This document shows, one piece after another, positions 8,186 through 17,990 of a stretch of 29,365 bases of DNA (the first letter of the stretch is position 1; each line of letters begins with the position of its first letter). The stretch covers positions 1-29,365 of the forward strand of contig JBMFIM010000011.1 in NCBI GenBank assembly GCA_049976305.1, read 5' to 3'. The stretch is from Candidatus Micrarchaeia archaeon (GTDB lineage: Archaea > Micrarchaeota > Micrarchaeia > Micrarchaeales > CABMGC01). A program made the position numbers and the translations under genes. A model generated the notes under the pieces. That model saw only the letters and a list, made by a program, of their open reading frames with translations, was not told the origin of the DNA and ran no database searches.

Positions 8186-10180
8186 ATGAAAAAATTTAAG
8201 GACACTAGCGAGATAAAAATACCTGAGAGGCTGATAGACCAGGTAATAGGGCAGGACAAAGCAGTGTCTATAATAAAGAAGGCAGCAAAGCAGCACAGGA
8301 ACGTGCTGCTTATAGGAGAGCCCGGCACGGGCAAGACGATGCTTGCGCAGGCAATGGCCGAGCTTCTGCCTGCTACAGACCTTGAGGATGTGCTGGTTTA
8401 CAAGAATCCTAACAATGAAAATATGCCGCTAATAAAGACAGTTAAGACGTACCCTAACGGCATAGACCCTACAAAGCCACTGCCAGACGGGCAAGGCAGG
8501 CAGATTGTACAGAGGGAAAGGGCAAACAGGCGTGTGGCAGCGCAGCAAAAGAGCAACCTTATACCAATCATTGCCATACTAGTGCTTGTTTTGTTCGCCT
8601 TTTCATTTACCAACCTTTTCAAAGGCTACGAGCTCATAGTGCTCGCCGCACTAATACTCGGGATCCTTGTGTTCGGCTCTGCAGCAGTGTTTGTTACAAG
8701 CTTCAGAGGAGTAGGCATGCTGCCTGGTATGTTCGAGTCTGACGAGCCTAAGCTAATTGTAGATAATACGGGCCTTACACATGCGCCGTTTGTCGATGCG
8801 ACAGGGGCAAAGGCAGGTGCCTTGTTTGGAGATGTAAAGCACGACCCTCTCCAGAGTGGCGGATTAGGAACCCCTCCGCATCTTCGCGTGGAAAGTGGCG
8901 CAATACACAGGGCAAACAAGGGAGTTTTGTTTATAGACGAGATTGCAAGCCTCGACCTTAAATCGCAGCAGGAGCTTCTTACTGCTATGCAGGAGAAGAA
9001 GTTTCCGATAACAGGCCAGAGCGAGCTTAGCTCAGGTGCGATAGTAAGGACAGAGCCTGTGCCTTGCGACTTTTTGCTTGTGGCAGCTGGCAACTTGCAG
9101 GATATATCGCACATGCACCCGGCTTTGAGGTCTAGGATACGTGGCTATGGCTACGAGGTCTATGTCAATTCTACAATGCCTGACACAGAAGCCAACAGGG
9201 AAAAGCTCGTAAGGTTCATAGCCCAAGAAGTAAGCAAGGACAAGCGCATACCTCCTTTTGACTATGGCGCTTGCATGGAGATAATAAACGAAGCAAGGAG
9301 AAGGAGCGGCAGGAAGAACAGCCTTTCCCTTGTGCTCAGAGATCTAGGTGGGCTCGTTAGAGCTTCTGGCGACATAGCGGTTGAGAAAGGTAAGAAGGTT
9401 GTTACAAAAGAAGACGTGCTTGAGGCATTGGCGCTTGCGAAGCCTATAGAGGCACAGTATGCAGATCAGGTGCTTGAGCAGATACACGACTACAAGATCT
9501 TCTCCAACTCCGGCTATGCGATTGGCAAAGTGAACGGGCTAGCTGTGCTTGCAAGCAAGAACACAATAACCTCTTCGGGCATAGTCATGCCGATAGTAGC
9601 TGAAGTGACTCCAGCAAGTTCGAGGGCAGAGGGCAAGCTCATAGCCACAGGCGAGCTTGGCAAGCAGGCCAAGGAGGCCGTGCAGAACATAAGCGCGGTA
9701 ATAAAGAGGCACATGCACAGAGATTTTGCAAGCTACGACATACACGTGCAATTTATTCTCCAAGCTGCAAGCGGAGTAGAAGGGGATAGTGCCAGCGTAT
9801 CTGTTGCAGTCGCAGTAATCTCAGCAATGGAAGGCATACCCGTAAGCCAGGAAGTCGCCATGACAGGCTCCCTTGATGTAAGGGGCAATGTCCTGCCTGT
9901 AGGAGGCATTACTGCAAAGGTTGAGGCAGCGATAGATGCAAAGCTAAAGTATGTAATAATACCTGCAAGCAACAAGCAGGATGTCTACTTGGACAAGGAA
10001 AAGCTTAGGAAGATAAAGATAGTCTATGCAAAGAATATTGCTGATGTGCTCGAATACGCGCTGAAAAAGAGTTCTAGGCGCGATGCGATAATAAAGGAAT
10101 TAAGGCACTACCTTCTTACAGACTACAAGGAAAAGGAGCCGCTGATTATCCAGCCGAACCAAAATCAGCAGAATAAATAG
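8186..10180 (+). CDS. lonB: Archaeal ATP-dependent protease LonB (membrane-anchored)
   Basis: [14 protein letters not shown], two-TM insertion, [30 protein letters not shown], catalytic Ser in EGDSAS and Lys in PVGGITAK. Confidence 0.97.
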   Translation: MKKFKDTSEIKIPERLIDQVIGQDKAVSIIKKAAKQHRNVLLIGEPGTGKTMLAQAMAELLPATDLEDVLVYKNPNNENMPLIKTVKTYPNGIDPTKPLPDGQGRQIVQRERANRRVAAQQKSNLIPIIAILVLVLFAFSFTNLFKGYELIVLAALILGILVFGSAAVFVTSFRGVGMLPGMFESDEPKLIVDNTGLTHAPFVDATGAKAGALFGDVKHDPLQSGGLGTPPHLRVESGAIHRANKGVLFIDEIASLDLKSQQELLTAMQEKKFPITGQSELSSGAIVRTEPVPCDFLLVAAGNLQDISHMHPALRSRIRGYGYEVYVNSTMPDTEANREKLVRFIAQEVSKDKRIPPFDYGACMEIINEARRRSGRKNSLSLVLRDLGGLVRASGDIAVEKGKKVVTKEDVLEALALAKPIEAQYADQVLEQIHDYKIFSNSGYAIGKVNGLAVLASKNTITSSGIVMPIVAEVTPASSRAEGKLIATGELGKQAKEAVQNISAVIKRHMHRDFASYDIHVQFILQAASGVEGDSASVSVAVAVISAMEGIPVSQEVAMTGSLDVRGNVLPVGGITAKVEAAIDAKLKYVIIPASNKQDVYLDKEKLRKIKIVYAKNIADVLEYALKKSSRRDAIIKELRHYLLTDYKEKEPLIIQPNQNQQNK

Positions 10181-10187
10181 TGGTAAT

Positions 10188-11306
10188 ATGGTTGATGAAA
10201 GCGTCAAGGAAGCAGGCCCTGATGTTGCAAAGCAGAAGCTTGAGGAGCTTGGGAAGGAGATTGTATACAGCGTAAAGGCAGGCAAGAATCCAAAGTTTGT
10301 GACTTTAAGCAGGGTAAAGAGCAATGTTATATTTGATAAAAGAGGCTACCTTACTTTGGGCAATGCGAAAGAGGAAAGGAGCTTTGTGAATGTTGCCCAG
10401 TCAAAGCGTTTCATGCAAACCATAGCGGTTGCGGCCAAGTGCCACAAGTTCCTTGAGGAAAACTTGCATACCACAATCAGAGGCCTGTTTTACCAGCTCA
10501 AATACTCATTGGGAGAGGACATAGACGAGAGCATATTTAGCGAGCAGTCCGAATCGAACCCGCTCATAGAAGACCTTGAGGCCGCGCTGGGCGTGAAGAG
10601 GGAAAGCCTTAATCTCAATGCAAACAGAAAGGGCGTTCTTGCAGGCAACATGAAGGTCATAGACTACTTTGGCGGGGAGGAGCAGGAGATAGACTGCAGC
10701 AAACAGGGAAGGAGCGGCTGGGCTATTCCCAGCGATGTTGATTTTGGAATGAAGTTTCTTGACGTCAAGGCAAAGTATGTGCTTGTTGTGGAGAAGGATG
10801 CACTCTGGCAAAGGCTCAATGAAGACGGCTTTTGGAAAAAGGAGAACGCAATACTCATTACGCCGCAGGGCCAAGCGGCAAGAGGCACAAGGCGGCTTAT
10901 CAGAAAGCTCTCTGACATGGGCCTGCCGGTTTATGTCTTTACCGACAGCGATGCATGGGGATGGTATATCTACTGGACAATAAAGACAGGAAGCATAAAC
11001 CTTGCCTACATAGGAGACGATGTTGCAACGCCTGAAGCAAGATTCATCGGCGTAACAATGTCGGACCTCGATCGCTACGACTTTCTAAAGAAGCTCACCA
11101 TAAATGCAAGCGATACCGACATTAAGCGAGCGCAGGAAATGCTGCAGTATCCTTGGATTAAAAGGCACGAGGAATGGGTCAAGGAGCTTGAGACTATGAT
11201 AAAGACCAAGAAGAAGCTCGAACAGGACGCATTGCAAGGCCCAAGGCTAACATTCGTAGACGACTATATAAGGGAAAAGATAAAGAACAAGGAGTTCCTG
11301 CCTTGA
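10188..11306 (+). CDS. top6A: DNA topoisomerase VI subunit A (Spo11 family)
   Basis: TIRGLFY (catalytic Tyr), QSES...IEDLE, VVEKDA, GQAARGTR, toprim DSDAWG, KLEQDAL. Confidence 0.95.
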   Translation: MVDESVKEAGPDVAKQKLEELGKEIVYSVKAGKNPKFVTLSRVKSNVIFDKRGYLTLGNAKEERSFVNVAQSKRFMQTIAVAAKCHKFLEENLHTTIRGLFYQLKYSLGEDIDESIFSEQSESNPLIEDLEAALGVKRESLNLNANRKGVLAGNMKVIDYFGGEEQEIDCSKQGRSGWAIPSDVDFGMKFLDVKAKYVLVVEKDALWQRLNEDGFWKKENAILITPQGQAARGTRRLIRKLSDMGLPVYVFTDSDAWGWYIYWTIKTGSINLAYIGDDVATPEARFIGVTMSDLDRYDFLKKLTINASDTDIKRAQEMLQYPWIKRHEEWVKELETMIKTKKKLEQDALQGPRLTFVDDYIREKIKNKEFLP

Positions 11307-11317
11307 TTGCTAATTTA

Positions 11318-12631
11318 TCAAAGAGTGCCAAGGTTGAGAAGGTCTATTTTTGCAAGCGCTTGCTTAGGATTGTCATAGTATTCTTTTACGAACTCGTTTA
11401 TTTCCTTCAGGCCCCTTATTCCGAGCTCATTAAGCCTCTGCAATATTTTTCCTCTTCTTTGCTCCTCTATTACGATTTCAGTAGGCGTATAGCCTGTGAG
11501 CTTTGCAAGCGTATCCCTGTAGGTTACACTAGGCAGTATGTCAGAGCTTTTGTGCGTCTTGTAGTCATAAGTATATAGATCGCTAAGCAGGACCTGTGTC
11601 TCGATGCCTGATATCTCTGATACTTGCGTTATCTTCCTTATGTACTTTCCGTTCTCGTTGACCTGTGATACTATGATTATCGCATCGATTAGCGGGATAA
11701 TGTCCTTTTCAACATTCATTGGCGTATGCTCAAGCCTTGTTACCACGTCTCTGGCTGTGCTTGCATGGATTGTGCCCATGGCGATTTTGCCTATGTTCAT
11801 TGCGGTAAGCATGTCCTTTGCCTCAGCTCCTCTCACCTCACCTATTATTATCATGTCTGGCCTCATTCTCAATGCATTCTTCACAAGCTCCTCCATAGGC
11901 AGGTCTGGGCTTGTTTCGAGCCTTACCGCATTCTCCTGCGTTTCGGTGTTGAGCTCATACGTCTCTTCTATCACTATTACCCTCATCTCAGGCCTGAAGA
12001 AGCTGAACATTGCATTGAGCAAGGTTGTTTTGCCGCTTGCGGGCATGCCGCCGATAAGCAGGTTTGCAGGCCTTACCTTCAACCCGTCAACGTAAAGCCA
12101 AAGTCTTCCTGCCATGTTGTAGCTAAGTTCTCCAGCGTTTATTAGGTCTATTATGCTCAGCGCCTTCTTCTTGAAGTTTCTTATTGTTATGTTGGCGCCA
12201 AGCGGCGAATTTACTATATTGGCCCTAGATCCGTTTGGCAAATGAACATCAAAGATCTGCTTGTTGGAAACCGCTGTGGTAGCATACATCTTCATCTTCT
12301 TTACAAGAAGGTCAAGATCTTCCCTGCTTTCGAGCCTTTCAGGCGCCTTTTTGGATCCCGCACCTGAAATATACAGGAAGATGTTCGAGGTGTTATTTAT
12401 CATTATGTCCTCTACGTCTTCGGCATACAAATACTTGTCTATGGGGGAGAAGCTTTTAGAATCGTTTATTATCTGCTCTATTTCTTCCTGGCTTGCGTTT
12501 GGATGTATGTTTTTTGCTATGCTTTCTATAACACTTTTCTTTTCTTCTTCGCTGGAATACAGTGAAAGCTTGCCCTCTAAAGTATCGAAAACTGCAGCTT
12601 CAAACTCTCTAAACTCAGGTGTTATCTCCAT
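11318..12631 (-). CDS. Type II/IV secretion or type IV pilus assembly ATPase (VirB11/CpaF/FlaI family)
   Basis: VEDIMIN, LPNGSRAN, TIRNF, GMPASGKTT, IEETYEL, ALRMRPD, IGEVRG, TIHA. Start taken at MEITPEF. Confidence 0.93.
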   Translation of the reverse strand: MEITPEFREFEAAVFDTLEGKLSLYSSEEEKKSVIESIAKNIHPNASQEEIEQIINDSKSFSPIDKYLYAEDVEDIMINNTSNIFLYISGAGSKKAPERLESREDLDLLVKKMKMYATTAVSNKQIFDVHLPNGSRANIVNSPLGANITIRNFKKKALSIIDLINAGELSYNMAGRLWLYVDGLKVRPANLLIGGMPASGKTTLLNAMFSFFRPEMRVIVIEETYELNTETQENAVRLETSPDLPMEELVKNALRMRPDMIIIGEVRGAEAKDMLTAMNIGKIAMGTIHASTARDVVTRLEHTPMNVEKDIIPLIDAIIIVSQVNENGKYIRKITQVSEISGIETQVLLSDLYTYDYKTHKSSDILPSVTYRDTLAKLTGYTPTEIVIEEQRRGKILQRLNELGIRGLKEINEFVKEYYDNPKQALAKIDLLNLGTL

Positions 12632-12763
12632 AGCATGTAAAATAACACTGAACAATTAATAAAGTTTTTCAATTCATAACAAGAGAGCTGAATGTCAAAG
12701 CTGCCCTTGCTAATTCTGAATGCAAAAGTATTTTTAGTGTAGTGTTGAATTATATTGGTTTTT

Positions 12764-13912
12764 ATGGGCAGCATCCGTTCAGAATTAGAATCTGCAGGAT
12801 TAGTGTTTCCCGACTTTCGCAGGAGCAATGTAGAAGTGGCGAAGGAAGTGGCAAAAGGTGATGGCGCACTAATTGGAAATGGTCGTAGCAAGTTGTTCTT
12901 TCTTACAATAGATGCACTTGGTTATGACTTGCTTGAAAAAGCAGTGGCAAAAAGCCGATTGCTAAAAAGCGTGTTCGGAAAAGGAAGCCTAGAAAGGATA
13001 AGCACAGTATTCCCCTCTTTCACACCTACTGTCTTTACCAGCATAGACTCTGGCCTGCTGCCTTCAGAACACGGCATAATAGGAAGCCCTTTACCGATAA
13101 AGGAATATGGCGCCCTTCGTGACATCTTTGGCGTTAGCTGGTGGCCTGCCGCTAACGAAGATTCAGTAGTGCTGTTTCCCCAGCCGAAGACTGTGCTGCA
13201 AATGGCCAAGCATAAAGGCTTTTTCTATTTGCAAGATGAGAAGATAGTTAGGAAATCGGAAAAAGCGGACGCGATGAAAAGTATAAGGGTTTTGCCCTAT
13301 ATTTCGCAGGATGATTTTGTATTCCAAGCAAGGAAGCTTGCAAAAACAGCAAGATTGGTTTATGCATACATTTGGGAATTAGATCATGTCCAACATGTCT
13401 ACACAAAAACAGCCAAGCAGGGTTTCGAAGTTGTAACCTATTTGCTCGAGAGGCTTGCGGAGAAGGTAATACCTTATCTTAAGGAAGAAGGTTGGCGAAT
13501 AGTAATAACATCAGACCACGGCCAACTGTCGACAAAAAGAAAGGATGCTATATTTTTAGGTCCGAATTCAAAAATCATGCAAGACCTTGCAATGCCGCCA
13601 TGGGGAACTGAAAGCACAATGTTTTTTGAAGTGACAGAGTCGAGAGAAAAGAGTTTTGAGACAAGGTTTGGACAGCATTTTGGAAATAGGTTCCTGCTTT
13701 ACGACTCTGAGGAAGCAATTCGTTCTGGTTTGTTTGGCAGAAGTTATGTAAAGCCTGCCCTTAGGTACAGGTTTGGAACCTACGTAGCAATTTCAAAAGG
13801 CGGTTATACTTTTAGATATGTCCCACCCGGCTCTACGATAGGCAAATTTGGCTTGGGGCATCACGGCGGCTTGACGAAGGAAGAAATGCAGATACCATTG
13901 CTTATACTCTAG
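12764..13912 (+). CDS. Alkaline phosphatase superfamily protein (nucleotide pyrophosphatase/phosphodiesterase-like)
   Basis: IDALG, STVFPSFT, PSEHG, LDHVQH, TSDHGQ, HHGGLTKEEMQIPL. Confidence 0.88.
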   Translation: MGSIRSELESAGLVFPDFRRSNVEVAKEVAKGDGALIGNGRSKLFFLTIDALGYDLLEKAVAKSRLLKSVFGKGSLERISTVFPSFTPTVFTSIDSGLLPSEHGIIGSPLPIKEYGALRDIFGVSWWPAANEDSVVLFPQPKTVLQMAKHKGFFYLQDEKIVRKSEKADAMKSIRVLPYISQDDFVFQARKLAKTARLVYAYIWELDHVQHVYTKTAKQGFEVVTYLLERLAEKVIPYLKEEGWRIVITSDHGQLSTKRKDAIFLGPNSKIMQDLAMPPWGTESTMFFEVTESREKSFETRFGQHFGNRFLLYDSEEAIRSGLFGRSYVKPALRYRFGTYVAISKGGYTFRYVPPGSTIGKFGLGHHGGLTKEEMQIPLLIL

Positions 13913-14027
13913 CTCAACAAATCTGTGCCAGCTAGGGTGATAAGGTCTGCCATACTTGCAGAGATCCTAAGATACTCAAAGCGTTACTCAGGCATTTCAA
14001 AGTCGAAAGGCTAGACAAGCTATTTTA

Positions 14028-14324
14028 ATGTTTATTCCTAATTCATATTATGCGGCTCATAAAACAGGTCGAGACCATCCGTTTTCGGTGAAGCTTGGCG
14101 ATATACCAGGCATAAAAGAAAAGATAAGTCCAGACCTAGCAAATGTGGAGCTGCACATCTGTGCGTGCGGTCTTTCAAAGCACAAGCCTTTCTGTGACGG
14201 CTCCCATAAGCTTGTACAAGGTGAAGAGAAAGGCAAGCTGTACGGCTATAAAGGCAATGAAAGAATAGAGATAACAAAAGAGACCTTCGAGCTGCTATCG
14301 CAATTGCCGAATGAGTATGAATGA
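14028..14324 (+). CDS. CDGSH iron-sulfur domain protein
   Basis: ICACGLSKHKPFCDGSH. The true start may be the ATG at 14050, with a frameshift at the A4 run 14061-14064. Confidence 0.9.
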   Translation: MFIPNSYYAAHKTGRDHPFSVKLGDIPGIKEKISPDLANVELHICACGLSKHKPFCDGSHKLVQGEEKGKLYGYKGNERIEITKETFELLSQLPNEYE

Positions 14325-14502
14325 TATGGTAGGCTTTGACGCTAAGACAGGGCTTTACTTCTGCGAAGTTTGCGGGCTTCACTATACCAGCAAAGAGCTT
14401 GCTGAGAAGTGCCAGCAGTGGTGCAGCCATCACAACAGCTGCAATTTAGAGATTGCGAGGCAGTCTGTTGAAGCCACTAAAGCAAGAGAAAGGTTGAATT
14501 AG
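14311..14502 (+). CDS. Small Cys/His-rich metal-binding protein (C2H2-like archaeal family)
   Basis: YFCEVCGLHY...AEKCQQWC..HNSC. Overlaps the CDGSH stop. Confidence 0.8.
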   Translation: MSMNDMVGFDAKTGLYFCEVCGLHYTSKELAEKCQQWCSHHNSCNLEIARQSVEATKARERLN

Positions 14503-14512
14503 GCTTGATTGC

Positions 14513-15091
14513 ATGAAGCACAAGGGGCTTAGCACAGGCATCGCATTCAGCATTGCATTCATGCTTGTTAACCTGGCTGGAGCAAAGTGCATAGATGTCT
14601 TTTACAATCCTACATGCCCGCATTGCCAGGAAGAGCTCAACTTTCTTTATGGAATAAGCAAAACCTACAACCTTACAATAAACGAGTTTGACGTGCTCAA
14701 CCAAAACGTTTTGCCGCTTTTTGAAAACCTCTCAAGGGAGTACAACTCGAGTGGCGATGTTCCTCTGGCTTTTGTAGGCAACTATGCTTTTGTTGGCTTT
14801 GCATACGGCAACTCAACCGAGTATGTAAATCCTAGATTGCAGCTTGGCTTTAGCTCCGCTATCATTTCTGCGATACAGAAATCAGGGCCAGAATGCCCGA
14901 GCATTCTTTCACTAAATTCTTTCGTTTGCAACAGCGCTACGTGCAGCGTTGTAACTCCGCAACAGGCTGGAGCAAAGGCAAGTGCCAACTACCTGCTTAA
15001 TATTGTCTACGGCGTAGGCTTGGTTATTGCAATAGTAGCAGCGGTTGTGCTTGCAAAAGGCATTGCAAAAAGGAGGTCCCATGCTTCCTAG
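14513..15091 (+). CDS. Membrane-anchored thioredoxin/glutaredoxin-fold protein
   Basis: Signal peptide, FYNPTCPHC, cis-Pro motif VP, C-terminal TM helix with basic tail. Confidence 0.85.
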   Translation: MKHKGLSTGIAFSIAFMLVNLAGAKCIDVFYNPTCPHCQEELNFLYGISKTYNLTINEFDVLNQNVLPLFENLSREYNSSGDVPLAFVGNYAFVGFAYGNSTEYVNPRLQLGFSSAIISAIQKSGPECPSILSLNSFVCNSATCSVVTPQQAGAKASANYLLNIVYGVGLVIAIVAAVVLAKGIAKRRSHAS

Positions 15092-15761
15092 TAGCGTGCT
15101 ATCTGTTACCGCCCTGACAGGCATAGCTGACGGCATAGCCGACCCTTGCGGAATAAGCGTTTTGCTTTTCCTAATCGCATACATGATAGAACTCAACTCC
15201 AAGGGAAAGATCATAGGCTATGGACTTTTCTATTCCTTTGTCATAGGCCTAATCTATTTCCTGTTCATGGTAGGCCTTTTCAAGACTATGGCTTTGATCC
15301 CGTATGTGCAGGCGATTAAGATTGCTGTGGCTACAATCCTTACAGTCTGGGGCGTTTTGGAGCTGAAGGACTTCTTTGCGTCTGGCAAGGGCCCAAGCAT
15401 GGAAATGCCTCACAGCGTAAAAGTCCGTGCAGGCATGCTTATAGAAAAGGCAACGTTGCCAGCTGTCATTTTGCTTGGCATCTTGGTTGCTTTGGGCGAC
15501 ATACCTTGCGCAAGCGGCTTCACCCTTTTCTATACCTCCTATCTGGTCTCAAACGGGATAAAAGGGGCTATGGCAATTTCGCTTCTTGTCCTCTACAACT
15601 TTTTCATGGTCCTGCCGCTTATCATAATAACGTTGGCGCTTTATTTCGGGATGGGCAAGGTAGAAACAGTCAGGCGCAGCGGAGGAAGAATAAAGCAATA
15701 CTTGCACCTGATTACAGGAATACTGTTCATACTGATAGCAATTCTAACACTGTTATGGTAA
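15081..15761 (+). CDS. CcdA/DsbD-beta-like membrane electron transporter (cytochrome c biogenesis family)
   Basis: About 6 TM segments with two Pro-Cys motifs (DGIADPC, DIPC). GGAGGT RBS at 15072-15077 precedes the ATG at 15081. Confidence 0.8.
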   Translation: MLPSSVLSVTALTGIADGIADPCGISVLLFLIAYMIELNSKGKIIGYGLFYSFVIGLIYFLFMVGLFKTMALIPYVQAIKIAVATILTVWGVLELKDFFASGKGPSMEMPHSVKVRAGMLIEKATLPAVILLGILVALGDIPCASGFTLFYTSYLVSNGIKGAMAISLLVLYNFFMVLPLIIITLALYFGMGKVETVRRSGGRIKQYLHLITGILFILIAILTLLW

Positions 15762-15809
15762 GCTTGAGGAATGTATTTTAAACAGGAAAAACTAAGCTGT
15801 TTTGATAAA

Positions 15810-16328
15810 ATGTCAAAGCAACTCACACTGGATGGTTCTCTAGTTAACAGCGAGGTAGAAAATCGAAGCAAGGTAAGATTTCAAAGACTGCATCTGGCGC
15901 ATCACGAAATATTTGGTGAGTACGAACAGGTCTTTGTTTTGTATTTCGAAGAGAAAGATAGAAGCGGCAGGCATTTATGGAGAAAGCTAGAGGCAGGCGC
16001 CGATCCTGCTCTAGCAGCAGCAATTAATGAAGCTCTCAAGCTTTTGGAGGAGTCAAAGCTTAATGCAGAGAAAGAGATCGTTTTGGAAGACAGGCGCATA
16101 AGGCTAGCATACAAGAAGAACGGCGCCATAGGTGACGTAGATCTGCAAAGCAACACGCTCAACTTTTATGATAAAGAAGGGCGGGTTGCTATAAGCATAA
16201 AGCTCGGTGAGGCTGTGGTAAGCGCGCTAAACCATATTGAAATAGCGGCCAATTCGGCATATCATGCTGCTGAGATAAATTCTATATTCTACGGTCGCAG
16301 CGGTTATTTTCCAGATTTAGTGCGATAG
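15810..16328 (+). CDS. Hypothetical protein
   Basis: Soluble, coding-like ORF. Start taken at MSKQL, downstream of a TTTTAAA box. No motif recognised. Confidence 0.65.
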   Translation: MSKQLTLDGSLVNSEVENRSKVRFQRLHLAHHEIFGEYEQVFVLYFEEKDRSGRHLWRKLEAGADPALAAAINEALKLLEESKLNAEKEIVLEDRRIRLAYKKNGAIGDVDLQSNTLNFYDKEGRVAISIKLGEAVVSALNHIEIAANSAYHAAEINSIFYGRSGYFPDLVR

Positions 16329-17768
16329 CCTATCCTCTTCTACCAAATCCTCTATTTGCTTTTCATGCTTTGCCGCAATTTCCATTAGGCCCCCTTTTAG
16401 GCTTGCTATTTGAATGCCCTTTTTCAATAATGAATTAGCAAACGCCTTCGCGATAACACCACCTATGCAGATTGCTATGGAGTTTGTCGGAAATGCTTCT
16501 GGCATGTCCTTTCCAGATATTATCTTGGCTACTGTCTCAGGTTCCAAGACAATTATCTCGTTAGGATTTTTGCCGAAGGCTTTAGCTATTAGCGAAATAC
16601 CAGCAGCATTTGGCTTGTACTTGTTGTGGGCCCATATTACTGCTTCAAATCCAAGCCTTTCTTTTTCGATCTCATCAATGCTAAACACTTTTGCCTCTTT
16701 GCTGGCATACTTTTCTGCGCTGTCAGCAAATATTACCACTACCCTCTTTTCCCCATTTTCTATTGCACGTATGGCTGCGTATAATGCAAGCGCGCTGCTT
16801 TCCCCTATGCTTATTCCTCTTCTTGCCACATAATCCATCAAACCTCTGGCTTCTTCGAAATTCATTTCCATTTCCTTTGCATATAGCTCAGGGTTATAAA
16901 ACTTCAGCTTGTAGGCTTTCTCTTTCGTGCGTATCCCTGCTACATCTTGCGAAGGCATTGGAAATACTACTACCACATTTCTGCGATTGTGTTTCTCTAT
17001 AAAGTACTTGCTGAGCCCTGTGGATGTGCCACCTGTGCCAAATGTGCAGAAGATGCTAAAATCGCTAGCTTTCTTGCCAAGCTGCCAAAGCTGCTGCTCA
17101 ATTTCTAAGCCCATCGTTTTGTATGCTTGCCAGTTGCTTGCATTGGTGTATTGGCTTGGGCAGAAGCCGCCATAGATGCGTGCAAGTTCGTGCGCAAGTT
17201 CTATTGCATCCTGCTTTGAAATTGCTTCATAGACTCTTTTGTCTTTTGCCTTTTCTGGATCAAGCCCAAACTGGCCGAGCTTGCTTATTGTGTCTTTTAC
17301 CAGCGCATTGTCTTGCATATTTACTTTGCCAGAGATGGGCACCGGGCAGATGTCTGCGTTCATGTCTAGTATTTTTACCCCTTTTTCTGCTAGAGCACTT
17401 TTTACCCCTTCTTCCAGCTTTCTGGATATTATAGCAACGACGTTTATGCCCGCCTCGTTAAGCGTGCCCAGCGCTATGCCGAAATTGCCAGAAGTAGCCT
17501 CGAAAATCGTCATGCCCCTTCTTAGTTTGCCATGCAATATTGCATCTCTCAAAATGTTTGCTGCCGAGCGCATCTTTATAGATCCGCTAGGCATGTTGCT
17601 TTCGAGCTTGGCAAGGGCCTCAAAACTGCCCAGGTTTAATCCGTACAATTCTTTTGCTGCGTCTCTTACCAGCTCAGTTATTTGTATTAGTGGCGTTGGC
17701 GCTACAACCTTGCCGTTTTCTATATGCGGGATCCTGGAGTAGATGCGCTTATCAAACCAATCAAGCAA
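16317..17768 (-). CDS. PLP-dependent cysteine synthase family protein with C-terminal rhodanese-like domain
   Basis: TPL, GSIKMR (PLP Lys), EATSGNFG, QYTN..N, FGTGGT, GESSA, and C-terminal ICIGG...SLKGGL. Start uncertain. Confidence 0.85.
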   Translation of the reverse strand: MLDWFDKRIYSRIPHIENGKVVAPTPLIQITELVRDAAKELYGLNLGSFEALAKLESNMPSGSIKMRSAANILRDAILHGKLRRGMTIFEATSGNFGIALGTLNEAGINVVAIISRKLEEGVKSALAEKGVKILDMNADICPVPISGKVNMQDNALVKDTISKLGQFGLDPEKAKDKRVYEAISKQDAIELAHELARIYGGFCPSQYTNASNWQAYKTMGLEIEQQLWQLGKKASDFSIFCTFGTGGTSTGLSKYFIEKHNRRNVVVVFPMPSQDVAGIRTKEKAYKLKFYNPELYAKEMEMNFEEARGLMDYVARRGISIGESSALALYAAIRAIENGEKRVVVIFADSAEKYASKEAKVFSIDEIEKERLGFEAVIWAHNKYKPNAAGISLIAKAFGKNPNEIIVLEPETVAKIISGKDMPEAFPTNSIAICIGGVIAKAFANSLLKKGIQIASLKGGLMEIAAKHEKQIEDLVEEDRLSH

Positions 17769-17990
17769 TTCCTTATCTGCCAGAACACCGTCTTGCCCAT
17801 TCAGAATCAGACTCTGATATCACACCGTGTTTTCTTAGTGTTTGCAAGTTTTTGCATGTTATTGTTTTTGTGCGAATAGTTTTTAAACCTTCTCTGCAAA
17901 ATGCAGGCTTTTTACATGTTTATATCCTTGTGCATTTCTGTAACCTGCACGTGATGGCAATCTTTTAAATGTTTTAATCGCATAGGTGTT

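Noticed and set aside
13909..13985. Minus-strand peptide ...SMADLITLAG... resembling a peroxidase helix
   Set aside because: About 25 codons with no start codon; too short to support a remnant call.
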